A DNA stretch of 51,867 nucleotides from Aliicoccus sp. (lineage in GTDB: Bacteria > Bacillota > Bacilli > Staphylococcales > Salinicoccaceae). Positions 30,041-41,724 of this stretch are shown here, one piece after another. The position numbers were made by a program, and so were the translations under genes. The notes beneath the pieces were generated by a model that searched no databases, was not told the origin of the DNA, and worked only from the letters and a program-made list of their open reading frames with translations. The DNA lies in assembly GCA_041838435.1 (NCBI GenBank), contig JBGYPO010000152.1, positions 1 to 51,867 of the forward strand, in the 5' to 3' direction. Numbering within the stretch: the stretch's first letter is position 1; every line of letters begins with the position of its first letter.

Positions 30041-32095
30041 TTACCTCTCTATCTCGACCATAATATAAGGCTCAATGATGTCGCCTTCTTTTAGGTCATT
30101 ATAGTTTTTGATTGTGATACCACATTCGTATCCTGCAGTAACTTCTTTCGCATCATCTTTGAAACGTTTCAATTGATCGAGTTCACCTTCATGAATAACG
30201 ACACCGTCACGCACAATGCGTACGCCTGAATCACGCGTGATTTTACCATCAGTTACATAAGAACCAGCAATTGTTCCAACTTTAGACACTTTGAATGTCT
30301 GACGTATTTCAACGTTACCAATGACCTGTTCTTCATATTCAGGATCAAGTAATCCAGTCATCGCCTGCTCAATTTCTTCAATTACTTTGTAAATAACACT
30401 GTAGAGTCTCAAGTCGATATCTTCTTGATCAGCTGCACGCTTTGCATTCGTATCAGGTCTAACATTAAACCCAATAATAATCGCTGATGATGCTGCTGCA
30501 AGTGTGACGTCTGATTCGTTAATTGCACCAACGCCTGTATGAATGATACGTACGTTTACACCTTCAACATCAATCTTCATAAGCGATGCACTGAGGGCTT
30601 CGACCGTACCTTGAACATCACCTTTAACGATGACGTTAAGATCCTTCATCTCGCCTTCTTTCATCTGCTCAAACAAGTTATCAAGACTAACTTTTGTTGT
30701 TTTCTCACGCTCTTTAACTGCAAATTCTTTACTACGTGCTTCACCAATCGAACGTGCCTTACGATCATCAGTGAATACAACAAAGCGGTCTCCAGCTTTT
30801 GGCACATCGTGAAGTCCTGTAATCTCAACTGGCATAGATGGTGGCGCTTCTTGAATACGTGCACCTAAATCGTTCACCATCGCACGTACTTTACCATATG
30901 TGTTACCCACAACAAGTGAGTCACCCACTTTTAATGTACCATGCTGTACAATCAATGAAGCAGATGGTCCACGAGACTTATCGAGTTCAGCTTCAATTAC
31001 AGTACCGATTGCAGGACGCGTGCTATTTGTTTTCAACTCTTCGATTTCACTGACTAAGCCAATCATTTCAAGTAAATCATCAATGCCATCACCTGAGAGT
31101 GCTGAGAGTTGAACGAAGATTGTCTCACCGCCCCAATCTTCCGGATAAAGTCCGTGCTCACCGAGTTCAGTCATGACACGGTCAGGGTTCGCAGTCGGTT
31201 TATCCATCTTGTTAACTGCAACAATAATTGGTACTTCAGCAGCTTTCGCATGGTTAATCGCTTCAATTGTCTGAGGCATCACACCATCGTCCGCTGCAAC
31301 AACAAGCACAGTAATATCTGTGACACGTGCACCACGCGCACGCATAGTAGTAAATGCTGCGTGACCTGGCGTGTCTAAAAATGTAATGGATTTACCATTA
31401 TTTTCGATTTGATATGCACCGATGTGCTGTGTAATTCCACCTGCTTCGCCAGCAGTTACTTTCGTCTGGCGGATTGAGTCAAGCAGCGTTGTTTTACCGT
31501 GGTCAACGTGTCCCATGATTGTAACAATCGATGGTCTAGCTTCTGATAAAGTGTTCTCATCTAAGTTAAAATGAGAATCCAAGTCCATATCGTCGATGAC
31601 GATTTCTTCTTTTGCGACATAACCATACTCAGCTGCGAGTAATTCAATCGACTCAGAATCGAGTGTTTGGTTAATATTCGTCACAACACCTACCATAAAT
31701 AGATCTTTAATTAGTTTCGACGCTTCCACACCTAATTTCGGTGCGAGCTGACCTACAGTAATATCTGATTGATAATAAAGAATCTTCTCACCGTCTTCAG
31801 TAAGTGTTGGAAGTTCAGCCGGTGCTTCTTCAACTGATTTTTGTTGTTCTTTTTTCTTTTTGCTTTTGTTGGACTTAGATTTTTTTGGCGCCTTTTTATA
31901 GTCAGTGTCATCAACTAAATCTGCGACTTCATCAGTCTCCATATTGAATTCTGCATCAAGAAGTGCAAGTTCTTCATCCGTCAATGATCTCATATGGCTG
32001 CCCGCTTCAATGTCATTCTCGTTTAAAAAATCAATGACCTGTTTACTTTGTAAATTATTTGTTTTTGCGTATTCGTATATTCTAACTTTACTCAT
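30041..32095 (-). CDS. infB: Translation initiation factor IF-2
   Basis: [34 protein letters not shown]. Start MSKVR. Confidence 0.99.
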   Translation of the reverse strand: MSKVRIYEYAKTNNLQSKQVIDFLNENDIEAGSHMRSLTDEELALLDAEFNMETDEVADLVDDTDYKKAPKKSKSNKSKKKKEQQKSVEEAPAELPTLTEDGEKILYYQSDITVGQLAPKLGVEASKLIKDLFMVGVVTNINQTLDSESIELLAAEYGYVAKEEIVIDDMDLDSHFNLDENTLSEARPSIVTIMGHVDHGKTTLLDSIRQTKVTAGEAGGITQHIGAYQIENNGKSITFLDTPGHAAFTTMRARGARVTDITVLVVAADDGVMPQTIEAINHAKAAEVPIIVAVNKMDKPTANPDRVMTELGEHGLYPEDWGGETIFVQLSALSGDGIDDLLEMIGLVSEIEELKTNSTRPAIGTVIEAELDKSRGPSASLIVQHGTLKVGDSLVVGNTYGKVRAMVNDLGARIQEAPPSMPVEITGLHDVPKAGDRFVVFTDDRKARSIGEARSKEFAVKEREKTTKVSLDNLFEQMKEGEMKDLNVIVKGDVQGTVEALSASLMKIDVEGVNVRIIHTGVGAINESDVTLAAASSAIIIGFNVRPDTNAKRAADQEDIDLRLYSVIYKVIEEIEQAMTGLLDPEYEEQVIGNVEIRQTFKVSKVGTIAGSYVTDGKITRDSGVRIVRDGVVIHEGELDQLKRFKDDAKEVTAGYECGITIKNYNDLKEGDIIEPYIMVEIER

Positions 32096-32099
32096 CGAA

Positions 32100-32405
32100 T
32101 CACTGCCCTTTCTCAATGAGTTTTAGCATACTATTGCTAAAACCCTTATCCGCAACCGCACATACGATACGGTTACAATCACCTGTTGCAATACTTAACT
32201 CGTCTTTTGATAGTGTGTCTATTAGCGGCACAGAATAATACTTTGCCTTATCATGAATGCGCTTAGATGTATTCACACCAGCGTCACTTGCGACAAACAC
32301 AAGATGCGCTTTCTTATTGCGAATCGCTTCAAGCGCCTGTGCTTCTCCAAGGAGCAATTTACCAGCACGTTTAGATAGTCCGAGCAGACTCATGACCTGT
32401 TTCAT
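32100..32405 (-). CDS. ylxQ: L7Ae-family RNA-binding protein YlxQ
   Basis: [15 protein letters not shown]...ASDA. Position in the nusA-infB operon. Confidence 0.92.
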   Translation of the reverse strand: MKQVMSLLGLSKRAGKLLLGEAQALEAIRNKKAHLVFVASDAGVNTSKRIHDKAKYYSVPLIDTLSKDELSIATGDCNRIVCAVADKGFSNSMLKLIEKGQ

Positions 32406-32686
32406 CGTTTAGGTATGTCCTCTCTATAAATCAAGCGAATTATTTCATCATACACTGGTGCTAACTTCTCACTATCGAAGCCGAGTATACCTTCTAGTTT
32501 CTTTTTAGCTCTTGCATCCTGAACAGCTTCTAAATTCTTCACAACATAACTGCCCCGTCCATTGACTTTACCCGTTGCGTCGGCAAATACTTCTTGCTCT
32601 TTGTTTACAACAACGCGAATCAAATCATTCTTCGGATACATTTGATGTGTGAGAATACATTTCCTCATCGGGATTTTGCGTTTCAT
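32402..32686 (-). CDS. ylxR: YlxR/RnpM family protein
   Basis: RKIPMRKC...LIRVV...DATGKVNGRGSY. Start MKRKI. Confidence 0.93.
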   Translation of the reverse strand: MKRKIPMRKCILTHQMYPKNDLIRVVVNKEQEVFADATGKVNGRGSYVVKNLEAVQDARAKKKLEGILGFDSEKLAPVYDEIIRLIYREDIPKR

Positions 32687-32703
32687 ATTATCACTTCCGT
32701 GCA

Positions 32704-33741
32704 CTATTCTTCTGAATCTGAATCACTCTTTATATCTATTTTAAAGCCCGTTAACTTAGCTGCAAGTCGTGCGTTTTGACCACGCTTACCAATCGCTAAA
32801 GACAGCTGATGATGTGGCACTGTAACGACAGTCGATTTGTTTTCTTCATCTACTTGAACATCGACAACCTGTGATGGGCTGAGTGCATTTTTCACAAAAA
32901 CTTCTGGCTGCGCATCCCAGAGTACGATATCAATCTTTTCACCAGACAACTCATCTACCACTGCTTCTACGCGTGTACCACGTGCGCCGACACACGAGCC
33001 AACAGGATCGATATCCGGGTTTTCTGAATGTACACTAATTTTCGAACGTTCACCGGCTTCGCGTGCAACACTCATAATCTCAACAGTTCCATCGTAGATT
33101 TCCGGTACTTCGCGTTCAAACAAACGTTTCAGGAGGTTGGGATGTGTGCGTGAAACAAAAATTTGCGGACCTTTAGTTGTCTGTTCAACTTTGTTCACGT
33201 AGACTTTTATCTTTTCACCTGGTATATATTTTTCATTTGGCATCTGCTCTGATTCACTGAGTACAGCATCTGTCTTTCCAAGCTGAACATATACAAAACG
33301 ATGATCTACACGATCAATGACACCATTTAAGACCTCATCTTCTTTGTCTATAAATTCTGCATAGAGTATGCCGCGTTCAGCATCTCGTAAGCGCTGCATG
33401 ACTGCTTGTTTCGCAGCCTGCGCACCCACACGATTGAAATCTTTAGGCGTTACATCTTCATCATATGGATCACCAATTTCATATGCAGGGTTTTTCTCGC
33501 GTGCTGTCTCAAGGTCGATTTCAGCAGTTGAGTCTTCGACTTCTTCTACAACATCTTTACGTGAAACGACGCGGTATCCACCCGTCTCAGTATTTAATTC
33601 TACCGTCACGTTTTTATGTTGCGTGTAGTTCTTTTTATATGCTGTTAACAGTGCCGCTTCTACTGCATCGATGAGTACGTCTCTTGGTATGTTCTTTTCT
33701 TTTTGTATAAAATCAATCGCATTGATTAGTTCTTGATTCAA
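32704..33741 (-). CDS. nusA: Transcription termination factor NusA
   Basis: AQAAKQ, SRTHP, AREAGERSK, LAIGKRGQNARLAAKLTG. RBS spacing favours TTG 33741 over ATG 33750. Confidence 0.98.
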   Translation of the reverse strand: MNQELINAIDFIQKEKNIPRDVLIDAVEAALLTAYKKNYTQHKNVTVELNTETGGYRVVSRKDVVEEVEDSTAEIDLETAREKNPAYEIGDPYDEDVTPKDFNRVGAQAAKQAVMQRLRDAERGILYAEFIDKEDEVLNGVIDRVDHRFVYVQLGKTDAVLSESEQMPNEKYIPGEKIKVYVNKVEQTTKGPQIFVSRTHPNLLKRLFEREVPEIYDGTVEIMSVAREAGERSKISVHSENPDIDPVGSCVGARGTRVEAVVDELSGEKIDIVLWDAQPEVFVKNALSPSQVVDVQVDEENKSTVVTVPHHQLSLAIGKRGQNARLAAKLTGFKIDIKSDSDSEE

Positions 33742-33757
33742 TTTAACCATTCCTCCG

Positions 33758-34225
33758 TTATAATAAAACAGCTTTTCTGATAGTCGCGATTGTATCTCTA
33801 TCTATCGTAATCGTTTTTGCTCTCGTTTTGACTCTATATTGAATCGTCACTGTCGAATCATCATAAGCTGTTAAAATACCTGTCCATTCTTTGTCCTTAT
33901 CATAGTATTTATATGTCTTCACATAAATACCTTGATTCAGGGTTGCTTTTAAATCGTCTTCAGTTTTAATTGGACGTTCCGCACCAGGTGAAGATACATC
34001 CAGGAAGTAAGGTCCGGAAATTAAATCAAGCGCATCAAGTTGTTCACTAATCTTTTCGCTTGCATGTGCACAGTCGTCTAGCGTCACACCACCATTTTTA
34101 TCGATAAAAATCCTCAGGTAAAAATCTGGTCCCTCTTTCTTATACTCGACCTCTACAAGAAACAAGTCCATTTCATTCAAAATGGGTGATACATGGTCAG
34201 CAACTGTTTGTTCTTTTTGATTCAA
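33758..34225 (-). CDS. rimP: Ribosome maturation factor RimP
   Basis: LRIFIDK.GGVTLDDC...YFLDVSSPGAERP. TTG start. Confidence 0.97.
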   Translation of the reverse strand: MNQKEQTVADHVSPILNEMDLFLVEVEYKKEGPDFYLRIFIDKNGGVTLDDCAHASEKISEQLDALDLISGPYFLDVSSPGAERPIKTEDDLKATLNQGIYVKTYKYYDKDKEWTGILTAYDDSTVTIQYRVKTRAKTITIDRDTIATIRKAVLL

Positions 34226-34239
34226 AAAATCACCTCTCT

Positions 34240-34280
34240 AAAACTAAGAGAAGAACGGGATTTCCCCGTTCTTCTCTACT
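34240..34280 (-). ncRNA. rimP leader attenuator hairpin
   Basis: AGAGAAGAACGGG-gaaat-CCCGTTCTTCTCT 13-bp stem with an interrupted U-tract (TAGTTTT), between promoter and rimP. Matches the known rimP-nusA leader architecture. Confidence 0.75.
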
Positions 34281-34302
34281 CAATTTACTATTCAACATTA
34301 AC

Positions 34303-34331
34303 ATTATAGCATAAACATCAGCATTATGCAA
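34303..34331 (-). promoter_or_regulatory. sigma-A promoter of the rimP-nusA-infB operon
   Basis: TTGCAT-17 nt-TATAAT with extended TG. Confidence 0.88.
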
Positions 34332-34361
34332 CGAACCGTTGATATGACAACGTTAATTCAC

Positions 34362-37300
34362 TTAAAGATCAAATAGAGACAGCTGTGCTTTATCCGGTAA
34401 ACCATCCAGTGTGCGTAACTCAGTTAAATAATCAATTATTTTTTGAGACACACCACCGCGCTTTTGCAAGTCTTCCTTCGATAAAAACATCTCATCTTCA
34501 CGTGCATCCACAATACGGCGTGCGACTGATGCGCCAAGTCCAGGCACAGATATAAATGGTGGAATCAGCGAGTCACCTTCAATCACAAATTCAAAACTCT
34601 TTGATTTTGTTAAGTGTACAGGCTGCACATTATAGCCGCGATGTGCCATCTCGTTGACAAGCTCTAACACAACAAGTGTGTCTTTCTCTTTTTTAGATAA
34701 ATCATTTAAGCGCTCGCGCTCGTTTAATTCTTGTACAGTTGCTCTTATATCTTCCTTATCCCTTACCATTGTGAGTAAATCAAAGTCTGATGCGCGAATT
34801 GTAAAGTAGCTCGCATAATAGAACAATGGATAATGTACTTTAAAGTAAGCGATGCGCACAGCCATCAACACATATGCTGCAGCGTGTGCTTTAGGGAACA
34901 TGTATTTTATCTTGTTACATGAATCGATATACCACTCCGGCACATTGTTTTGACGCATTAACACTTCTTGTTCGGGTGTTAACTGACGACCTTTACGCAC
35001 GCGCTCCATTATATTGAACGCTTCTATTGGCTCGAGCCCGTCATACATCAGTTGTACCATGATGTCGTCACGACATCCGATAACGTCTTTGAGTTCCACG
35101 ATGCCTTTACGCACCAGGTCTTGCGCGTTATTCAGCCATACATCCGTTCCGTGAGATAACCCTGAAATCTGAACGAGTTCACTAAACGTACTTGGACGTG
35201 TGTCTTCTAGCATCTGTCTAACAAAACTTGTTCCGAACTCTGGTACACCGAGCGTACCCGTTTTACATAATATATCTTCAGGTGTGACGCCCAGGCTCTC
35301 CGGCGAACTAAACAGACGCATCGTGTCTTTATCGTCGACAGGAATTGTTTTTGGATCAATACCGGATAACTCATGTAACATCCGAATCATTGTCGGGTCA
35401 TCGTGACCGAGTATATCGAGCTTTAACAGGTTGTCATCAATCGAGTGGAAGTCAAAATGTGTTGTTTTCCATTCAGCTTCAGTATCGTCCGCTGGGAATT
35501 GCACAGGCGTAAAGTCGTATATGTCATAGTCATCCGGGACAACGATAATACCGCCTGGGTGTTGACCAGTGGTTCTTTTTACACCGGAACAGCCAAGGAC
35601 AAGCCGCTCGACTTCTGCATTTCTTTTTTGTAAGCCGTTGTCATTAATGTAACCTTTGACGTAACCGAATGCTGTCTTTTCAGCAACTGTCCCTATCGTC
35701 CCTGCTCTAAATACTTTTTCTTCCCCAAATATTTCTTTTGTATATTGGTGGGCAATCGCTTGATATTCACCACTGAAGTTTAAATCGATGTCTGGTGTTT
35801 TATCGCCTTTGAAACCTAAAAATGTTTCAAACGGAATGTCCTGACCTTCTTTAATGAGTGCAATACCACATGAATCACACATTGAATCCGGCAGATCATA
35901 ACCTGAAGACACAGCACCGTCTGTAAAGAACTCAACCTTATGACATTCTGAACAAATATAATGTGGTGGCAACGGGTTCACTTCAGTAATTTCAAGCATC
36001 GTCGCAACAAAACTTGAACCGACAGAACCACGTGAACCGACTAAATATCCATCGTCAAGTGACTTCTTCACGAGCTTTTGAGAAATCAAATAGATCACTG
36101 AGAAGTTGTTTGTAATGATGTTATTCAGTTCAAACTCCAACCGATCTACAACTTTTTCCGGCAGTTCAGGTCCGTAAAGTGCATGGGCGTTGCGATAACA
36201 TATCTCTCTGACCTCTTCATCAGCACCGTCCATTTTAGGTGGGTACAACCCGTCCTTAATAACTTCGATGCGCTCAATTGAATTTGCTATCTTGTGCGTG
36301 TTATCTATGACGATTGTGCGCGCCATATCCTCATCTAAGAAACTAAAGCTCCGAAGCATCTCATCTGTCGTTCTAAAATGTGCATCCGGTAAGCGTCCGC
36401 GACTGAGCGGGTTCCCTGGATTACTTTTTACTAAAATATCACGACTTTGCTTATCCCAATCATCTAAATAATGCACATTACCGGTCGCTACAACTGGAAT
36501 ATCAAGTTCTTTACCAATTTTAATTAAGTTATTTATGATGTCTTCAAGCATCGCTTCATCATGAATGATTTCACGGTCGAGTAAACGTAAATATAATTCT
36601 TTAGGAAACACTTCGATATAATCATAAAACTTCGCAATTTCTTTTGCTTCAGCATATGTCTTCTGCATCACAGCTGTGAACAGCTCACCATTATCGCACG
36701 ACGAACCAATTAACAAGCCTTCGCGATATTTACTCAGCAGTTTTTTTGGAATCCGCGGCGTGCGATAGTAATAATCAGTGAGTGATGCTGAGACCAACTT
36801 AAATAAGTTTTTAAGCCCGACTTGTGTTTGTACTAAAATATTAACGTGCGTCGGCATTGCACGTTTATATGCATCATCATTAGAGAGTTCAGCATCAATA
36901 TCCTGTAAGTTATGAATGTTTAGATCTCGCAGCTGCCTTAACATCTTAATAAATATATAAGCCGTTGCGCGTGTATCATAGATTGCTCTATGGTGCTGCT
37001 CAAGATCTACATTATATTTCTTCGCAAGTGTATTTAAACCATGTTTCTTACTTTCTGTATTGATTGTGCGTGAGAGTTCCAATGTATCGATTACACTGTT
37101 TTTGTATTCACCTAAATCATGTAATCGGTACGCCGCCTGGATAAAGCCCATATCAAAACTTGCATTATGTGCAACAAAAATTGCATCACCTACAAATTCT
37201 TTAAATTCTTTAATCACCGTTTCTAATTCAGGCGCATCTTTTAAATCATGATCTTCGATTTTTGTTAGATTGATAATCGTTTGTGAAAGCTTTTGATGTG

Positions 37301-38660
37301 GATTTACAAATGTACTGAACTCGTCGATAATCTCGCCATTGACAATTTTAGCTGCAGCAAGCTCGATAATCTTATCGTATTTAGAGGATAAACCCGTCGT
37401 CTCCACGTCAAATACGACATAAGTCGCATCTTGTAAATTCGCGTCTGTCGGTTGATAAGTGATTGGTGCGCCGTCGTTAACTAAGAGACCCTCAAGCCCG
37501 TATAACACTTTAATTTCTGTACCGTCTCTTACTTTATCCGGGTCCAGTGCATTGTAAGCCTGCGGGAAAGATTGTAAATTATTATGATCCGTAATCGCTA
37601 CAGCAGGATGACCAAACTGACGGGCGCGGTTAATTAACTCTTTCGCTGAAGGAATAGCATCCATCTGACTCATTGCAGTATGCGCATGTAACTCTATTCG
37701 TTTTACTTCACTATTATCTGTTTTCAGTTTCTTTTTGACGACACGTAAGTTACGAATGTTCAAAACGATTTCATTTTGGAATGTATCATACTCTATATTG
37801 CCTTCTACAATGACCCAGTCACCTTCACTGAGTAGTTCGAAAACCGCTTCGTCGTTCTTTCCATTTCTAGAAAATGCCTTACATGTAATTGAGTCCGTGT
37901 AATCTGAAATGTTCATATTTAAAATATGCTTTTTCGTACGTGTCACAATGACCCTTTTACTAAAAATTACACCTTCAACTTTGACGTTATATTCTTCATC
38001 CACAATATTATGGAGCGGTCTCACGCCATCAAAGTCAATAAATTTCCCGATTTGTTTATCCACAACGTCATCTTTCGGTGCATTCTTTTTATTTTCAATG
38101 TGTTCAAGATGTGTCGAGCGAATTAATGCTGCTTCTTCACTAATATCAGCTTTTACTGCGTCATCGATTTCTGTGGATTGTGTTAAATCAACTTCGTAAT
38201 CTATCGTATCAACAATGACGCCGCAGTCATGAAGTGCGTCGATTAACTGTCCATTTAGAGCTGTCTTGAAATAGCTCCCTTGAATATCATCTGCAACATG
38301 GATAATAAGTCGATTACCATCAATAGCTTTATGTGTACTTAATATTTGTTGCTTCAAATGATCATTAATTGATGTCTGTTCAACACAAGCGTTAATGTAG
38401 GCCATCACACGTTCTCTTTGATGATTATCCGTTGTCACAATTAACTTCACACGCGCTATATCTTTAAATGATGTTTCTATACGTTGTTTCAACATTTGAA
38501 ATGATTCAAACGGTAACATATCAGGGAAATGCAAATGAAATTGCCATTCCCGCTTGTCATCGTTCACTACTACTTTTTTAAATTGTCCAGTCTGCAGTGA
38601 TGAATCGCTCGTTAAGTTAATTTGATTGAGTAATGTTTCGTATGCTTTCTTCTTATCCAT
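34362..38660 (-). CDS. polC: DNA polymerase III PolC-type
   Basis: PHP (ELHAHTAMS, AITDH), embedded exonuclease (VFDVETTG), GSRGSVGSS, PDIDLNFSGE. Confidence 0.99.
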   Translation of the reverse strand: MDKKKAYETLLNQINLTSDSSLQTGQFKKVVVNDDKREWQFHLHFPDMLPFESFQMLKQRIETSFKDIARVKLIVTTDNHQRERVMAYINACVEQTSINDHLKQQILSTHKAIDGNRLIIHVADDIQGSYFKTALNGQLIDALHDCGVIVDTIDYEVDLTQSTEIDDAVKADISEEAALIRSTHLEHIENKKNAPKDDVVDKQIGKFIDFDGVRPLHNIVDEEYNVKVEGVIFSKRVIVTRTKKHILNMNISDYTDSITCKAFSRNGKNDEAVFELLSEGDWVIVEGNIEYDTFQNEIVLNIRNLRVVKKKLKTDNSEVKRIELHAHTAMSQMDAIPSAKELINRARQFGHPAVAITDHNNLQSFPQAYNALDPDKVRDGTEIKVLYGLEGLLVNDGAPITYQPTDANLQDATYVVFDVETTGLSSKYDKIIELAAAKIVNGEIIDEFSTFVNPHQKLSQTIINLTKIEDHDLKDAPELETVIKEFKEFVGDAIFVAHNASFDMGFIQAAYRLHDLGEYKNSVIDTLELSRTINTESKKHGLNTLAKKYNVDLEQHHRAIYDTRATAYIFIKMLRQLRDLNIHNLQDIDAELSNDDAYKRAMPTHVNILVQTQVGLKNLFKLVSASLTDYYYRTPRIPKKLLSKYREGLLIGSSCDNGELFTAVMQKTYAEAKEIAKFYDYIEVFPKELYLRLLDREIIHDEAMLEDIINNLIKIGKELDIPVVATGNVHYLDDWDKQSRDILVKSNPGNPLSRGRLPDAHFRTTDEMLRSFSFLDEDMARTIVIDNTHKIANSIERIEVIKDGLYPPKMDGADEEVREICYRNAHALYGPELPEKVVDRLEFELNNIITNNFSVIYLISQKLVKKSLDDGYLVGSRGSVGSSFVATMLEITEVNPLPPHYICSECHKVEFFTDGAVSSGYDLPDSMCDSCGIALIKEGQDIPFETFLGFKGDKTPDIDLNFSGEYQAIAHQYTKEIFGEEKVFRAGTIGTVAEKTAFGYVKGYINDNGLQKRNAEVERLVLGCSGVKRTTGQHPGGIIVVPDDYDIYDFTPVQFPADDTEAEWKTTHFDFHSIDDNLLKLDILGHDDPTMIRMLHELSGIDPKTIPVDDKDTMRLFSSPESLGVTPEDILCKTGTLGVPEFGTSFVRQMLEDTRPSTFSELVQISGLSHGTDVWLNNAQDLVRKGIVELKDVIGCRDDIMVQLMYDGLEPIEAFNIMERVRKGRQLTPEQEVLMRQNNVPEWYIDSCNKIKYMFPKAHAAAYVLMAVRIAYFKVHYPLFYYASYFTIRASDFDLLTMVRDKEDIRATVQELNERERLNDLSKKEKDTLVVLELVNEMAHRGYNVQPVHLTKSKSFEFVIEGDSLIPPFISVPGLGASVARRIVDAREDEMFLSKEDLQKRGGVSQKIIDYLTELRTLDGLPDKAQLSLFDL

Positions 38661-38675
38661 CCTTGACCACCCTAC

Positions 38676-38703
38676 AAAAAAACACGAGAATAAATACTCG
38701 TGT
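38676..38703 (-). terminator. Terminator-like hairpin between proS and polC
   Basis: ACACGAG...CTCGTGT stem followed by a T run directly before the polC RBS region. Confidence 0.65.
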
Positions 38704-38705
38704 CT

Positions 38706-40397
38706 TTAATAATTGTCGCTTAAGTAAGTAACTAAATCACTTAACTGAACGTCTATTTTATCTGTTTTATTTCTAAACTTTACTTCAACAACACCGTCTT
38801 TAACGCCGCGTCCAACGACTACACGAACTGGCATGCCTATTAAGTCAGAGTCGTTAAATTTAACACCCGCACGTTCATCACGGTCATCGTATAATACTTC
38901 ATATTTTTCTGATAATATTTTATATAAGTCGTCCGCTGTCGACACAATTGTCTCGTCCTTCGCACTCGTACTGACCAAATGAATATCAAACGGTGTGATA
39001 GATTTAGGCCAGATGATACCTTTATCATCGTGATGACCTTCAATCACCGCACTCAGTGCACGTGATACACCAAACCCATAACAGCCCATCAGTACATGTT
39101 GAGAGCGACCATTTGAATCAAGCACGGATAGATTCATAGATTCTGAGTACTTTGTACCGAGTTTAAATATGTGACCGAGCTCGATACCTTTCATGAAACG
39201 CGCTTGTCCACTGCCGTCTTCAACCGTTTCGCCCTCATTAATAAATCTGAAGTCGCCAACGCCTGCTGCTTTAAAGTCACGGTCAATATTGACATTAATG
39301 TAATGGAATTCATTTTCGTTCGCGCCAACCGGGAAGTTAGACATCACGGCAACTTGATAATCGATATATACATCAAGTTTACTGTTAACCGGTCCGAGTG
39401 AACCAGCATCAGCGCCCATGATTTCGCGGACTTTATCTTTTTCTGCAAGTTCAACCAGCCCTGCATTAAAGTATGATTTCACTTTAACATCATTGAGTTC
39501 TTGATCGCCACGCAGTAAGAACATTTTATATTCACCATCAACATCAACAATCATCGTCTTTGTCGTTGCAATTAAATCGATGTTTAAGAGGTTCGCAAGT
39601 GACTCGCACGAGTTCACATTTGGCGTCGCCACTTTCTCCATCTCTTGTTCAGCTTCATATTCCACTGGTTGTTCAACCGGCAGACATGCTGATTTTTCAA
39701 TATTGGCAGAGTAATTACTTTCATCTGTATAGACGATAATGTCTTCACCAATATCTGATAACACCATGAACTCTTCAGTATCCGTACCTCCGATGGCACC
39801 AGAATCTGCCTCCACTACGCGGTAATCAAGTTTGAGGGTTTCTAATATGTTACGATATCCGGCTTTCATGTTGTCATATGTTTGATCTAGTGACGCACTG
39901 TCTACGTGGAATGAGTATGCATCTTTCATAATGAACTCACGTCCACGCAACAGTCCAAATCTTGGACGACGCTCATCTCTAAATTTCGTTTGTATCTGAT
40001 AGATTGTGAGCGGCAAACGCTTATAACTACGCAGTTCATCACGCAGCATATCCACTACAACTTCTTCATGTGTTGGACCGAGTGCAAATGCATTGTCATG
40101 ACGATCTGTGAGACGAAATAACTCATCTCCATAATCGTTCCAACGGCCACTTTCTACCCATAAATCTTTAGGATGAAGAACCGGCATAATAACTTCAGCA
40201 GAACCGATGTTATCCATTTCTTTTCTGACAATACTTTCGATATTTAAAAGCGCGCGGCGCGCAATCGGTAAGTAGTTATAGACACCTGCTGATACCTGAC
40301 TAATCAGGCCTGCGCGGAGCATAATTTGATGACTGACACTTACTGCATCCGTTGGTGTTTCTCTTAATGTCGGTATAAATAAATTTGATTGTCTCAT
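38706..40397 (-). CDS. proS: Proline--tRNA ligase (with editing domain)
   Basis: LGPTHEE, KFRDERRPRFGLLRGREFIMKDAYSF, GHIFKLGTKYS. Confidence 0.99.
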   Translation of the reverse strand: MRQSNLFIPTLRETPTDAVSVSHQIMLRAGLISQVSAGVYNYLPIARRALLNIESIVRKEMDNIGSAEVIMPVLHPKDLWVESGRWNDYGDELFRLTDRHDNAFALGPTHEEVVVDMLRDELRSYKRLPLTIYQIQTKFRDERRPRFGLLRGREFIMKDAYSFHVDSASLDQTYDNMKAGYRNILETLKLDYRVVEADSGAIGGTDTEEFMVLSDIGEDIIVYTDESNYSANIEKSACLPVEQPVEYEAEQEMEKVATPNVNSCESLANLLNIDLIATTKTMIVDVDGEYKMFLLRGDQELNDVKVKSYFNAGLVELAEKDKVREIMGADAGSLGPVNSKLDVYIDYQVAVMSNFPVGANENEFHYINVNIDRDFKAAGVGDFRFINEGETVEDGSGQARFMKGIELGHIFKLGTKYSESMNLSVLDSNGRSQHVLMGCYGFGVSRALSAVIEGHHDDKGIIWPKSITPFDIHLVSTSAKDETIVSTADDLYKILSEKYEVLYDDRDERAGVKFNDSDLIGMPVRVVVGRGVKDGVVEVKFRNKTDKIDVQLSDLVTYLSDNY

Positions 40398-40417
40398 TTT
40401 GAACCTCCTGATATCAC

Positions 40418-41704
40418 TTAGCTAAAGAAAAAGTTTTGTATATCATTCCAAGTCACCATAATCATGACCATAAGAACAAATAACACACCGAATATTTGAA
40501 TGTTGATTTCAACTTTACGATTGACTGGTCTTCTAAAGATCCATTCATATAGTACAAATAAAATACGGCCGCCATCTAATGCCGGAATCGGTAATAAGTT
40601 CATTATACCTAAGTTTACACTGAGCATTGCAGCGAATCTCATCAACACGATGATGCCCTGCTGTGCCATTTCGTTTGTTACAACTGCGATGCCGACAGGT
40701 CCATTTAACATATCAAATGAAAATCTGCCTTCAAAAATACTTAGGAATAAATCGACGACAAGTTCAAAAATAAGCGTCGACATATTTACTGTTTCTTGAA
40801 TACCCCACCATATCGGTGCGACGATACCTGTTTCAAAATGTGCACCAATACCAATCACTAAGCGCTCAACACTCTCACCAGCAAGCTCTTCAGTTATCAG
40901 TTCAGGCGTCATTGTAAGCTCTCGCACGTTACCATCATTTGTAACAACAATATCGAGCGGGACCGCACCTTCCTCTTGGATGACTTGAGTCATATGCGTC
41001 CAGGAATCGATATCGCGTCCATTGATTGAATTTATGTAATCGCCTGTCATAAGGCCGGCCTCTTCAGCAGGTAAGTCTTCTGCTATTGAACCAACTATCG
41101 GATCGTCTACGTTCTTACCAGTAACGTAAAAGACAATAGTAAATAACACAAATGCAAGTAAGAAATTAAATAATGGTCCTGCAAATAGAGCTTGAAACTT
41201 TTGCCAAGGGGTCTTTCCCTCAAAGCGCATGTGTGCAGGTGCAATGCGTTCTAGGTTTGCGCCTTCAACAAAATAAGCTTCTTCTGCAATAATATATTTT
41301 ACGAAACTATTATCATGAAGTTTATGCGCACTGATATACATGTCCTTTTGGATATCGGCATCATCCACTTCAATCTCTTCTACCTGAGTAAAGTTATGCT
41401 TATCATCGAGTAGAATATGCGTAATTTCATTTGCTTCATTCAATTTGATTTGAACGCGCATACCCGCATTAAGTGGATTAATTTCCATCTCGCGACTCGC
41501 CATTCTGACGTAACCACCAACAGGGAGTAAACGGATTGTATATAATGTATCGTTATATTTATAAGAAAAAATCTTTGGTCCCATACCTATCGCAAATTCA
41601 GGACACATGATACCGGCGCGTTTAGCAAACACTAAATGCCCAAATTCATGCACAGTTACCAGCAATCCAAAGACTGCTAAGAATGCTAAAATACCTAATA
41701 GCAT
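40418..41704 (-). CDS. rseP: Site-2 protease RseP/RasP
   Basis: HEFGH, AGP, PDZ domain, NLLPIPALDGG. Confidence 0.97.
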   Translation of the reverse strand: MLLGILAFLAVFGLLVTVHEFGHLVFAKRAGIMCPEFAIGMGPKIFSYKYNDTLYTIRLLPVGGYVRMASREMEINPLNAGMRVQIKLNEANEITHILLDDKHNFTQVEEIEVDDADIQKDMYISAHKLHDNSFVKYIIAEEAYFVEGANLERIAPAHMRFEGKTPWQKFQALFAGPLFNFLLAFVLFTIVFYVTGKNVDDPIVGSIAEDLPAEEAGLMTGDYINSINGRDIDSWTHMTQVIQEEGAVPLDIVVTNDGNVRELTMTPELITEELAGESVERLVIGIGAHFETGIVAPIWWGIQETVNMSTLIFELVVDLFLSIFEGRFSFDMLNGPVGIAVVTNEMAQQGIIVLMRFAAMLSVNLGIMNLLPIPALDGGRILFVLYEWIFRRPVNRKVEINIQIFGVLFVLMVMIMVTWNDIQNFFFS

Positions 41705-41724
41705 TGATGTTCACCTCTCACACT

